From positions 64,001 through 128,000 of the forward strand of contig CAWHCF010000043.1 of NCBI GenBank assembly GCA_963827655.1: a DNA stretch of 64,000 nucleotides, read 5' to 3'. Below are positions 54,508 to 64,000 of the stretch, one piece after another. The notes below the pieces were generated by a model that was given only the letters and a program-made list of their open reading frames with translations, was not told the origin of the DNA and made no database searches. Source of the stretch: an uncultured Acidobacteriota bacterium (GTDB lineage Bacteria; Acidobacteriota; UBA6911). Position 1 is the first letter of the stretch; each line of letters starts with the position of its first letter. The position numbers and the translations under genes were made by a program.

Positions 54508-55909
54508 CTAAGCCCGCTGTTTTCGTGATCCGGGGGACAACTCGCGCAGGAGTTGATTCATCGCAATAAGGAAGGGATCCCACACCTGGGAGTAAGGGGG
54601 AGCGTAGCCCAGGTCGAGCTGGGCCGCATCTTCCACCTTCATGCCATTCGTCAGGGCCACCGCCGCAACATCGACTCTCTTGTCGGCCCCATCTCCGGCG
54701 GCCTGCAGTCCCAGCAACCGCCTGGAAGAACGATCCGCGATCGCTCTTATGGCCACGCGACTTGATTCAGCCATATATGCTGCGCGGGACGGAGCCGAGA
54801 TCTGAACTGAAACCGGCTGGAATCCGCACTCCACGGCCTCCTTGTAATTCAGTCCCGTGCGCGCCACGCAAAGATCGAAGATTCTCACAACCCAGGTATT
54901 CAAGACGCCGCGAAACGAGCTGCGTTGTCCGGCCAGGTTCTCACCGGCGATTCGTCCCTGCTTGTTTGCCGCGGTGCCCAGCCCGTTAAAAACCGGTTGA
55001 TTCGAAACCAGATGGATAGCTTCGGCACAGTTGCCGGCTGCGAAAATGCCGGGCATGGATGTTTCCAATTCCGGAGTTACCGCGATAGCCCCCGAGCGCC
55101 CGAGCGCGATCCCGTGCCGCTTCGGCTAAAGTTGTCTCGGGACGGACGCCGATGTCGACGACCACGAGATCAGTTTGGACGGGATCTTCTCCTCGGTCCA
55201 GCCAGGCCGAGTGAACTTCGCCAAGGTCGTTGCCAAAGAAGGTGCGGACCGACCTTTCCTTTATGATTCGGACGCCGTGCCGCGTCAGCTCGCGTTCAGC
55301 CAGTTCGGCAATCTCCGGATCGAGCCCGGCCAGAATGTGACTTCCCTTTTCCACGAGGGTCAATTCAATGCCGCGCCGGGCAAGACTCTCGGCCATTTCT
55401 ACGTTCACGAGGCCGCCGCCCACAAGCAGGGCGCGGCGAGAGTGGCTCCGCAATGCCTGGTGGATCGCTTCGGCGTCGGTGAGGTGGGCAAGAGTGAAGA
55501 TGTTCCTTAGATTCGATCCAGGAACCTCCAGGCGCATGGGCCGGTAACCGGTCGCGAGGAGCAAGCGATCGTAGTCATAAGCCGCTTCGCGTCCGGTTGC
55601 GATTTCCCGCGCCAGCACGCGGCGTCGCGCCGGTTCGAGTCTTTCCGCCCGCATGCGCGTGATGACGCGCACCCCGCGTTTTTGCTCGAAGGTTTCTGCA
55701 GTGTATGAAATGAGGCTTTCGACTCGGGGAACTTCGCCGGACAGGTAGTAAGGCGCGCCGCATATACTGTAGGAGACGTGCGGTCCCTGTTCCAGAACCA
55801 CTATGTCAAGGTCGGGATTCAAGCGCGCGGCGCGTCCGGCGGCGGTCATTCCTCCGGCATTTCCGCCCACGATTACTATTGGTGTCCGGCCCTGAAAATT
55901 CCTCGGCAT
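54508..55909 (-). CDS. CoA-disulfide reductase / NADH oxidase-like flavoprotein; frameshift at ~55114
   Basis: GGNAGG, SYSICGAPY active-site Cys, ATG motif, ANKQGR, YAPPYS. Confidence 0.87.
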
Positions 55910-55953
55910 CCTAGCCCGTCAACTGAATTGAATTTTCAAGGCATGACATCAAT

Positions 55954-57417
55954 CTAGACCTGACTCCACGACTCGAGCTTCTTCTTCAGGCTCGCCATGG
56001 CCTGGTCCGCAACCGCCCCGTCGATGACCCGATGGTCGAAACTGAGCGAGAGATAGACCATCGAACGAATCGCTATGGCATCGCTGATGACTACCGGCCG
56101 TTTTCTGGATCCCTCCTACGCCAAGGATTGCTACCTGGGGCTGATTGATGATCGGAGTGCCAAAAAGCGGCCCGTAGATTCCGGGATTGGTGACGGTTAT
56201 GGTACCGTTTTGCACCTCCTCCGGCTTCAGCTTCTTGGTGCGCGCGCGTTCGGCCAGGTCGTGAATAGCCACCGCCAGGCCCGTCAATGACTTCAGGTGA
56301 GCATGCTTGACGACGGGAACGATGAGCCCGGTATCGAGGGCTACTGCTATCCCCACATTCACTTCCCGCTTGTAGATGATGTTGTCACCGGAAACAGAGC
56401 AGTTGAGGACCGGGAATTCACGCACGGTATCAACCAGGGCTTTCACCAGAAACGGCGTATAGGTGAGTTTGATTCCCTCTCGAGCCTCAAAAGATTCCTT
56501 GTGCTTCTCTCTTAACTGCACAATGGAGGTCATATCGACCTCGAACACGGTACTCACGTGGGCGGAGGTCCGCCGGCTGAGTGTCATGTGTTCCGCGATG
56601 GCTTTGCGCATCGGCGTCATGGCAACGGTTTCGCTTTCGCCGGCGAACCTGGGAGCTTCCGGGGTCGCTGGCGCGGGCTGCGGCGCTTCCTTTTCCGAGG
56701 GAACACCCGCCGCGGGCGCGGGCTTGGGCACCTCTGCCAGCCGTGGTTTCGGAGCCTCTTCTTCTTCGGCCGGTTGATCGATGTAGCTTAGAATGTCCTG
56801 CTTCGTGATGCGGCCCTCGAGCCCGGTCCCGTGAATCTGGGAGAGATCGATACCATGTTCACGCGCCAGCTTTCGCACCAGCGGTGAGGTGCGTATATCG
56901 CGCGCCTCCGGGGCTGCGGGTGGCGCAGGTTTCGGCGGCGGCGACGGGGGCAGGCGCAGCTTTCAGCGGAGGCGTGGCGGCGGATGGCGCCGATTGAGGC
57001 TTTTCTGCGGGAGGAGTTTCACGCCGACCCTCCTGCCTGGGTGTCGCGGGTTTCTCTCCTTCCTCAACTCGCGCTTGACGCCTCGCCCGCCGGTTCTTCC
57101 TTCATTTTCATCGGTTTCGGTTTCGTGTGCTTCCCTCTCATCGCCGGCCCCCCCTTCTTCGGCTTTAGCCTGGCCCGTTCCTCTCCGTCGATGACGGCGA
57201 CCACCGTGTTGATTTGAACGGTCTTTCCCTCCGGAACCAGGATTTCGGACAGAACGCCCGCAGCGGGGGAAGGAATCTCGGAGTCGACTTTGTCGGTCGA
57301 GATCTCGAAGAGAGGTTCGTCGCGCGCAACGTTTTCACCCACCTTTTTCAACCACTTGGTGATAGTGCCTTCGAAAATAGACTCTCCCATCTGCGGCATG
57401 ATGACTTTGGTCGTCAT
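55954..57417 (-). CDS. 2-oxoacid dehydrogenase E2 (dihydrolipoamide acyltransferase); several apparent indels
   Basis: MPQMGES..EISTDKVD lipoyl domain; SPLVRKLA..GTGLEGRITKQD; FDHRVIDG in a shifted frame after ~56103; further breaks in the linker 56900-57175. Confidence 0.87.
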
Positions 57418-57469
57418 GTTTAGGTTCTCCTCACCAGCAAGAGCTGCGCCGTGCAAACGAGTTGCCTGG

Positions 57470-57544
57470 TTCTTCTTCGTGTCTTTGAGTCTCAGTGGTA
57501 TTTGTTCGAAAGCTCTAACCACGAAGACACAAAGACACGAAGAA
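57470..57544. repeat. ~72-bp composite palindrome of the 8-nt-period family, inside the operon
   Basis: CTTCGTGTCTTTGAGTCTCAGTGG-TATTTGTTCGAAAGCTCTAA-CCACGAAGACACAAAGACACGAAG. Confidence 0.85.
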
Positions 57545-57581
57545 TCACTAAAATCAACCATTCCCCCGCGCAAAAAGGGCG

Positions 57582-58556
57582 CTAGTAGGAAGCGAGTTTC
57601 CGCGCGGTGTTCAGTACATCCGCTGTCTTCGGCAGGAAGAATTCTTCCAGAGGAGGACTGTAGGGGACGGGGGTGTCCGGAGCAGTGATGCGCAAGACCG
57701 GTCCATCGAGATACTCGAACGCCTCTTCGCAGATGATCGCAGTGATTTCGCCGGCGATGCCGCCGGTTCGAGTATCCTCGTGCAGGATGAACACTTTGTT
57801 GTTTCTCTTCACGGAGTCCAACACTGTCTCCTTGTCCAACGGAAGAAGGCTTCGCAGATCGATGACCTCTAGATCGATTCCTTCTTTTTCAAGTTCGCTA
57901 GCGGCCTCAAGCGCAGTGTATACCATGGCTCCGTACGTGAGGACGGTCAGATCGCCCCCGGGGCGGCGAACGGCGGCTTTCCCGATCGGAACGATAAAAT
58001 CTTCATCGGGCAACTCCTCTTTTATCCTGCGGTAGAGGAATTTGTGCTCGAGATAGATCACCGGATCGTCATCGCGGATGGCGGCCTTGATCAGACCCTT
58101 GGCATCGTACGCGGTTGAAGGAGCGACTACTTTGAGCCCCGGCGTGTGAACATAGTACATTTCGGGATTCTGCGAGTGAAACGGGCCGCCATGAACCCCT
58201 CCTCCCGACGGGCCTCGAATAACGATGGGAACCCCGGCTCCCCAGCGATAACGCGACTTCGCAGCGAAATTGGTAATCTGGTCAAAGGCGCACGAGATGA
58301 AGTCGATAAACTGCATCTCTGCGATCGGACGCAGCCCCATGTAGGCGGCGCCGATGGCAGCCCCCACGATGGCAGATTCGGAAATAGGCGTGTCCAGGAC
58401 CCGATCGGCGCCGAATCGCTCCAGCATTCCCTCGGTAACTTTAAAGGCTCCGCCGTAGGCCCCGACGTCCTCACCGAGAATGAATACGCGGTCATCGCGT
58501 TCCATCTCTTCCCACATTCCCTGGCGAATAGCTTCGAGGTAAGTCGTTGGACTCAT
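57582..58556 (-). CDS. 2-oxoacid dehydrogenase E1 beta subunit (alternative TTG start at 58640)
   Basis: GEDVGAYGGAFKVT, DTPISE, EMQF, HSQ, DLRSLLPLD. Confidence 0.93.
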   Translation of the reverse strand: MSPTTYLEAIRQGMWEEMERDDRVFILGEDVGAYGGAFKVTEGMLERFGADRVLDTPISESAIVGAAIGAAYMGLRPIAEMQFIDFISCAFDQITNFAAKSRYRWGAGVPIVIRGPSGGGVHGGPFHSQNPEMYYVHTPGLKVVAPSTAYDAKGLIKAAIRDDDPVIYLEHKFLYRRIKEELPDEDFIVPIGKAAVRRPGGDLTVLTYGAMVYTALEAASELEKEGIDLEVIDLRSLLPLDKETVLDSVKRNNKVFILHEDTRTGGIAGEITAIICEEAFEYLDGPVLRITAPDTPVPYSPPLEEFFLPKTADVLNTARKLASY

Positions 58557-58560
58557 TTTT

Positions 58561-58733
58561 GATTTACGATTGACGATTGACGATTGACGATTGAAAATCC
58601 AGAAATCTCGACGATTGACGATTGAGTGGAACGGACTCAATTCATGATCTCCATCTTTCGATTAACGATTGACGATTGAAAATCCAATTGAAGTGCCTTC
58701 TTCGCACTCAATCGTAAATCGTAAATCGTCAAT
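58561..58733. repeat. Heptamer (ATTGACG) clusters in both orientations
   Basis: Four clusters; the 20-mer GATTGACGATTGAAAATCCA occurs twice; one unit overlaps the E1-alpha stop. Confidence 0.9.
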
Positions 58734-59745
58734 TTGCATAGACGTCGGTCAGGCATTCCTCCGGGTCGGGAAAAGGACTCTTTTCCGCCCACTCGACAGC
58801 CTGATTGACCTCCTCCACAATTTGTCTTTGAAGCTGATCGATTTCGGCCCTCGCGACAATCTCTTCCTGGATCAGGATCTGCTGGTAGCGAGAGATAGGA
58901 TCTTTCTTCTCCCACTCCTCAAATAACTCCTTCGGCACGTATCCCGCATCGTCGTGCGCCGAGTGTCCGGTCATCCGGAACGTTCTGCACTCCAGGAGCG
59001 TCGGACCTATACCTGCGCGCGCCCGATCGATCGCGAGCCTGGTAGTTTCGTAGACCGCAAGCACATCGTTGCCGTCCACTATCTCGCCCGGCATGGCATA
59101 GGCTATCGCGCGGTCGGCAACGTTCTCAACCGCCATCTGGCGGTTCAGGGGAGTTGAGTAGGCGTACTGGTTGTTGTTGCAGATAAAAACGACCGGGAGC
59201 TTCTGAACCGCAGCCAGGTTGAGTCCCTCATGCCAGTCGCCCCGGCTGGTGGCGCCATCGCCAAAATAGCAGAGGACGACCCGGTCTTCGTGACGCATCT
59301 TGAACGCCAGTCCGACTCCGGTTGCAACCGGGACATTGTCGCCCAGCATACTTATAAAAGAGACGACATTCTGTTTGAGGTCGCCCATGTGCATGTTGCC
59401 GTCTTTCCCCCTTGTGTACCCGTCGCGGCGCCCCATGTACTGAGCGAGTATGCGGGCTGGTGTCATTCCGCGGATCAGGAAGGCAGCCATGTCGCGATGT
59501 GAGGGGCATATTGCGTCCTCGGGACGAGTGAGAATAGAAGAGCCCACTGAGATGGCCTCCTGCCCGCGGCCGACATATACTCCGCCAAGGATTTTCCCCT
59601 GCCGGTAGAGCTTTCTTTCGATACGATCCTCCAGCTCGCGCGTCAGCATCATGTAATAGAGCATTCGCCGGTGCGTTTTTGCATCTACCAGCGATCGAGC
59701 CTTGCCCCCGACTGCGATCTCCGTTTGGTTCTGGGTCTTGCGCAT
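58729..59745 (-). CDS. 2-oxoacid dehydrogenase E1 alpha subunit (copy 2)
   Basis: GAGGA SD before ATG 59745; GQEA, GDGA-x24-NN TPP motif, RMTGHSAHD. Confidence 0.92.
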   Translation of the reverse strand: MRKTQNQTEIAVGGKARSLVDAKTHRRMLYYMMLTRELEDRIERKLYRQGKILGGVYVGRGQEAISVGSSILTRPEDAICPSHRDMAAFLIRGMTPARILAQYMGRRDGYTRGKDGNMHMGDLKQNVVSFISMLGDNVPVATGVGLAFKMRHEDRVVLCYFGDGATSRGDWHEGLNLAAVQKLPVVFICNNNQYAYSTPLNRQMAVENVADRAIAYAMPGEIVDGNDVLAVYETTRLAIDRARAGIGPTLLECRTFRMTGHSAHDDAGYVPKELFEEWEKKDPISRYQQILIQEEIVARAEIDQLQRQIVEEVNQAVEWAEKSPFPDPEECLTDVYAN

Positions 59746-59808
59746 GGTCTTCCTCTGATCGCGATTGACGATGCTAACCTTGGACAATGAGTTTCAACGG
59801 TTTAATCG

Positions 59809-60780
59809 TCAATTTGGAGCAGGCTCCTGGTAGACACCATCCAAGGTGTGCCCGCCTTCGGGAAACGGGCTGTTTTCGGCGAACTCCACTGCCCGGTCGA
59901 TCTCGGAACTCACCCGACCCAAAATAGTATCGCGTTCTTCATTCGACATGAAACGGCTTTCGAACAAGTATTTTTCGAAGCGCTCGATCGGGTCATTAGA
60001 CTTCCACTTTTCCAGCTCTGACCTGGGCACGTACCAGGCGTCGTCGTGTTCGGCATGCCCTTTCATACGCATAGTCTTGGCTTCGATCAGGGCCGGACCT
60101 AAACCCTGGCGGGCGTGATCGAAGGCTTGCCTGGCGATTTCATAGACCGCCAGGACGTCATTCCCGTCGACCTGGAAGCCGATAATGCCATAGGCTTGAG
60201 CCCTGGTGACGAACTCCGTATTGGCGGTCTGGCGGCTGGTCGGGGTGGAGTAAGCCCATCCGTTATTCTCTATCACCAAAACCAGAGGAACTTTCTGGAT
60301 GGCCGCGAAATTGAGTCCCTCGTGAAAGTCGCCGGTACTCGCACCTCCATCGCCGAGGTAAGTCAGGGCCACGATTTTGCGGCCTTGCATCTTCGCCGCC
60401 AATGCGGCGCCCGTCATCACCGGTATCAAAGCTCCCAACATGCTGATGGGCGCAATGACACCGCGTCTGAGATCTCCGATATGCATGTTGCCGTCGCGCC
60501 CGCCCGTGGGGCTGGTGCTCCGAGCCATGTGCTGAGCGAACAGGTCTTCCGGACGAAATCCCCGAACCAGAAGCGAACCCAGATTCCGGATCATCGGTGC
60601 CATAAGGTCATCCGGCTCGAGCGCGTAAGCCGTCCCGATCGAAATGGCCTCCTGACCTCTGCTGGTGTAGACTCCGCCTACCACTTTGCCGGTCCGGTAA
60701 AGCGCTACCAGCTTTTCCTCCATGCGCCGATTCAACTGCAGCCAGTAGTAGAGCTCATGCAACTGCGCTTTGTTGAGCAT
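59809..60780 (-). CDS. 2-oxoacid dehydrogenase E1 alpha subunit (copy 1)
   Basis: GQEA, GDGG..NN, RMKGHAEHD. Confidence 0.92.
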   Translation of the reverse strand: MLNKAQLHELYYWLQLNRRMEEKLVALYRTGKVVGGVYTSRGQEAISIGTAYALEPDDLMAPMIRNLGSLLVRGFRPEDLFAQHMARSTSPTGGRDGNMHIGDLRRGVIAPISMLGALIPVMTGAALAAKMQGRKIVALTYLGDGGASTGDFHEGLNFAAIQKVPLVLVIENNGWAYSTPTSRQTANTEFVTRAQAYGIIGFQVDGNDVLAVYEIARQAFDHARQGLGPALIEAKTMRMKGHAEHDDAWYVPRSELEKWKSNDPIERFEKYLFESRFMSNEERDTILGRVSSEIDRAVEFAENSPFPEGGHTLDGVYQEPAPN

Positions 60781-61471
60781 GGCCGTTGATCCTGCAGCAA
60801 AGATCTGTTTCGGAAAGGATCGTCATCGAACGTTCGAATACCGTGCCGAAGGATGGGATCAGTCGACGGGCGACCTCGTCAACCTCGATCGGCTCCTGAA
60901 GAACCGAGGCCATCGAAGCGACGCGCGCTCCCGAAATGCCGCACGGGACGATCAAATCAAAAAAGGAAAGATCCGTACTCACGTTCAGCGCGAAACCATG
61001 ACGGGTGATCCAGCGGCTGATGTGAACTCCCATGGCGGCGATTTTTCCGCCATCGGTCCACACACCCGTGAAATCGTCATGGCGAGTCGCGCGGATGCCG
61101 TACAAATTCAAGACCCGAAGGATCAGTTCCTCGAGATTTCGCATATAGCGGCGCACATCGCGCTCATGGTTTCGCAGCTCGAGAATCGGATAGCCGACCA
61201 GCTGTCCCGGCCCGTGATATGTGATGTCGCCGCCGCGATCGACTTCGCATCGGACGACTCCTCTTGCCGCCAGCGTTTCCTCCGGAACCAGAAGATGGCT
61301 CCATGTCCCGTTGCGACCGAGCGTGATGGTCGGAGGGTGCTCCACGAGGAGCAAGACATCGTCCACGAATCCGCGCTTCTTTGCTTCGGAGATTCTCATC
61401 TGGAGCCGTAGCGCCCGCTCGTATTGCATCGATCCCAGAAAGAGCGCATAGCAAGGCTTGGGCTCAGGCAC
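60755..61471 (-). CDS. lipB: Lipoyl(octanoyl) transferase
   Basis: EHPPTITLGR, DRGGDITYHGPGQLVGYP, KIAAMG, HGFALN, IVPCG; start is GTG 61471 or TTG 61483. Confidence 0.94.
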   Translation of the reverse strand: MPEPKPCYALFLGSMQYERALRLQMRISEAKKRGFVDDVLLLVEHPPTITLGRNGTWSHLLVPEETLAARGVVRCEVDRGGDITYHGPGQLVGYPILELRNHERDVRRYMRNLEELILRVLNLYGIRATRHDDFTGVWTDGGKIAAMGVHISRWITRHGFALNVSTDLSFFDLIVPCGISGARVASMASVLQEPIEVDEVARRLIPSFGTVFERSMTILSETDLCCRINGHAQQSAVA

Positions 61472-61479
61472 GCATCCTC

Positions 61480-62883
61480 TCAAAAATGAATGGCGGCGCC
61501 ATAGATTGCGTGAGCCGCTTCCATTATTCCTTCGGAGACCGTCGGGTGGGCGTGTATCAAATGCGAGACGTCCCTTGCGGTGGCTTCGAGGCCGATTACT
61601 GCAGTCCCTTCGGCGATCAACTCAGTGACATGGGGGCCAATCATGTGGACACCCAGAATCTCCTTGTATCGCTTGTCGCACACTAACTTAACAAACCCTT
61701 CATTTTCTCCCAGAATCGTCGCTTTTCCAATAGCCGCGAAGGGAAACTTACTTGTTATCACTTCGTGACCGCGCTCTTTGGCCGCAAGCTCGGTCAGGCC
61801 GACGCTGGCAACCTCCGGGTGGCAATAGGTACAGTTCGGAACCAGGTCGTAGTTGATCGGTTTTGTTTCCTCTCCTGCGATATGGCTCATCGCCAGTATC
61901 CCCTCATGGGAAGCTAGATGGGCAAGCTGCTGGGTCGGAACTACGTCTCCAATCGCAAAAAAACCTTGAACATTGGTTTCCATATGCTCATCGACCGGGA
62001 TGAAGCCTCTCGAGATGGCGATGCGAACCTTTTCCAGCCCGATTCCCTCGCTGACCGGCCGGCGTCCGACCGCGATCAAAGCCTTGTCCGTGACGATGGT
62101 CCTGGTCTCGCCTCCCGAGATGGTTACCGTCGAATGAACCTTCCCTTCTTTGAGTTCCACGTTTTCCAGCCGGGCGTCGGTGAAGAACTTGATTTTCTTC
62201 CGCGCCAGGATCTTGCGCAGCTCTTCAGAGATTTCGTGATCTTCAAGAGGAAGAATGCGCGGCAGCATTTCCACGACCGTCACATCCGTTCCGAATCGGG
62301 AGAAGATGGACGCGAATTCGATTCCAACGGCGCCCGCCCCGACCACAAGAAGGGAGTTAGGAATACTGTCCAGATCCAGGATCTCCTTGTTAGTCAGAAT
62401 GTTCTGTCCATCCAGCTCCAGACCGGGCAGCAGCCTGGCTTCCGACCCGGTGGCAATGAGGATGTTTTTGGCTTTCACTTCTTGAGCCGTTTCTCCTTCG
62501 ACCTGGATTGTGCCCGGGGCGCTGATCGTCGCCTTCCCGCGAAAAGTCGAAATCTTGTTCTTCTTCATCAGGAAGTCCGTTCCCATCGCGAGCTTCTTGA
62601 CAATCTTGTCTTTTCGGGCTTTAACCAGACGAAAATCCAGGTTTATATCCTTGTACAGGATGCCGAATTCTTTGCCGTTCAAGGCTTTTTCGTACAGGTC
62701 GGCGTTCAGCAGCAGGGCTTTCGTGGGGATGCAACCCCAGTGCAGACAGGTACCGCCGAACTTGGCGTATTTCTCGATCAGGGCGACCTTCAGGCCGAGT
62801 TGGCTCCCCTTAATGGCGGAGACGTAACCCCCGGGACCGCTCCCAATGACAGCAACATCGTAGACCATGGGCTCTGTGCTCAC
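61480..62883 (-). CDS. lpdA: Dihydrolipoyl dehydrogenase (E3)
   Basis: GSGPGG, GGTCLHWGCIPTK, HAHPTVSE. Confidence 0.96.
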   Translation of the reverse strand: MSTEPMVYDVAVIGSGPGGYVSAIKGSQLGLKVALIEKYAKFGGTCLHWGCIPTKALLLNADLYEKALNGKEFGILYKDINLDFRLVKARKDKIVKKLAMGTDFLMKKNKISTFRGKATISAPGTIQVEGETAQEVKAKNILIATGSEARLLPGLELDGQNILTNKEILDLDSIPNSLLVVGAGAVGIEFASIFSRFGTDVTVVEMLPRILPLEDHEISEELRKILARKKIKFFTDARLENVELKEGKVHSTVTISGGETRTIVTDKALIAVGRRPVSEGIGLEKVRIAISRGFIPVDEHMETNVQGFFAIGDVVPTQQLAHLASHEGILAMSHIAGEETKPINYDLVPNCTYCHPEVASVGLTELAAKERGHEVITSKFPFAAIGKATILGENEGFVKLVCDKRYKEILGVHMIGPHVTELIAEGTAVIGLEATARDVSHLIHAHPTVSEGIMEAAHAIYGAAIHF

Positions 62884-63010
62884 CGTTCACCTTCTCGAAT
62901 CGGGGCTTCGTTCAATGAATTGGTTTGCTGGACTCTGTGATTGGCTGCTGAGAGCCGATGGGAGCTGCATCCTGCTACGCTCCCCTTAGTGCCAGATACA
63001 TGAAGGCTGA

Positions 63011-63040
63011 ATAGTAGCACCAGCAAAACTAACGCGTCAA
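63011..63040 (-). promoter_or_regulatory. Sigma70-like promoter TTGACG-18-(TGc)TACTAT for the lpdA operon
   Basis: -35 and extended -10 on the minus strand, ~130 nt upstream of lpdA. Confidence 0.55.
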
Positions 63041-63071
63041 GCGACCGGCAACCCGCAGCGGATCATGAAGA

Positions 63072-63226
63072 TTCTTGGTGTTTATTCGTGTCTTTGAGTC
63101 TTCGTGGTATTTCCCAGACAGCTCTAACCACGAAGACACGAAGCCGATAGACAAATTCAATTCACGGATGATAGTGTCTTAGGCGCCTTCGCTTGCCCGC
63201 CACAAAGACACGAAGGCGCGACGAAG
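63072..63226. repeat. Mosaic of 8-nt-period units
   Basis: TTCGTGTCTTTGAGTCTTCGTGG-TATTT...AGCTCTAA-CCACGAAGACACGAAG, then a second pair around 63172-63226. Confidence 0.8.
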
Positions 63227-63275
63227 CTTGCCCCGCAACGAAAGAGATTGTTGAATGCTATAAGGAGAAGCAGCG

Positions 63276-64000
63276 ATGGAAACGTCAGCGGGAATTTCAG
63301 CGGGAATTGAGGCGATTCTTCGGTGGGTGCATGTCCTGGCCGGAATCCTGTGGATAGGCCACCTCTACTTTTTCAATTTCGTCAATGCTCCGCTTGCGGC
63401 AAAACTCGATGCTCCCACAAAAAAGTCCATGGTACCCGAGTTGATGCCGCGAGCTCTCTACTGGTTCCGATGGGGTGCTGCCTGGACCTGGATTACAGGG
63501 TTTCTGATGTTGCTTATCGTCTACTACATGAACAAGATCGCCGTTGACACCAAGGAATTCACCACCGGCAGCCTGGTCATGATTGTCGTGACCTTCGCGG
63601 CGGTGTTCATCTATGACGCCTTGTTCAAGAGCGCTCTGGCTAAAAATGTAAAAGTCGCCGTGAGTGTGGCCTTTGTCCTTGTGGCCATCATTCTGTTCCT
63701 CTACGTGAGCTATGGCGCTTTCAGCTATCGCGGCACCCTTATTCACACCGGGGCCATGTTCGGGAGCATCATGGCATTCAATGTCTGGTTCCGGATCTGG
63801 CCCGCCCAGCAGAAGATCATCCGGGCTGTCAAGCAAGGAGCCGCGCCCGACCCCGAGCTGGTGAAGCTCGCGGGAGGGAGATCCCGGCATAACACCTATC
63901 TCTCCGTTCCGCTTCTTTGGACCATGATCGGCCAGCACACCACCTACTTTGCCGGCGGAAATCTAGGAATCCCGAGCAGCTATTACTGGATCGGCTTCCT
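63276..64000 (+). CDS. 3'-partial urate hydroxylase PuuD-like (Urate_ox_N) membrane protein
   Basis: TAAGGAG SD; RWVHVLAGILWIG, WFRWGAAWTWITG, MAFNVWFRIWPAQQK, SRHNTYL. Missing from the ORF track because it runs off the window. Confidence 0.8.
   Translation, partial: METSAGISAGIEAILRWVHVLAGILWIGHLYFFNFVNAPLAAKLDAPTKKSMVPELMPRALYWFRWGAAWTWITGFLMLLIVYYMNKIAVDTKEFTTGSLVMIVVTFAAVFIYDALFKSALAKNVKVAVSVAFVLVAIILFLYVSYGAFSYRGTLIHTGAMFGSIMAFNVWFRIWPAQQKIIRAVKQGAAPDPELVKLAGGRSRHNTYLSVPLLWTMIGQHTTYFAGGNLGIPSSYYWIGF

Overview
GC-rich bacterial chromosomal window. The gene content (carboxypeptidase-domain TonB receptors, 'empty' PQQ-like quinoproteins, a Tes-like radical SAM enzyme) suggests Acidobacteriota; this is inference. 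From left to right: (1) 1-24.8 kb is a periplasm/uptake-rich accessory region with two mirrored amidohydrolase + PQQ-propeller modules, two TonB-dependent receptors, two heme-c/copper-monooxygenase-like proteins, a 4x heavy-metal-binding protein, a pentaheme cytochrome and two toxin-antitoxin loci. (2) A stand-alone tetraether-synthase (Tes/GDGT-MAS)-like radical SAM gene. (3) Housekeeping genes: Gfo/Idh/MocA, MBL, NUDIX, tRNA-Leu(CAG), TPR, a 4-gene ABC exporter, a Zn-peptidase with a long structured leader, and tandem phosphohexomutases. (4) A complex I-like operon nuoABCDHIJKN that lacks nuoEFG and nuoLM and is followed by ferredoxin and Rieske genes. (5) A Zn-dependent dehydrogenase, a FadF/HdrD-like oxidoreductase, a MazF-type TA pair and a CoA-disulfide reductase-like gene. 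(6) A 2-oxoacid dehydrogenase operon with two E1-alpha paralogs, lipB and lpdA, then a partial PuuD-like gene. Intergenic DNA is dominated by unannotated repeat families: an 8-nt-period mosaic palindrome (ACCACGAAGACACGAAG), 7-nt tandem repeats glued to stop codons, and larger REP/MITE-like palindromes. About 15 single-base indels break otherwise intact genes and are most likely long-read consensus errors. All product calls come from motifs read by eye; no database search was run.
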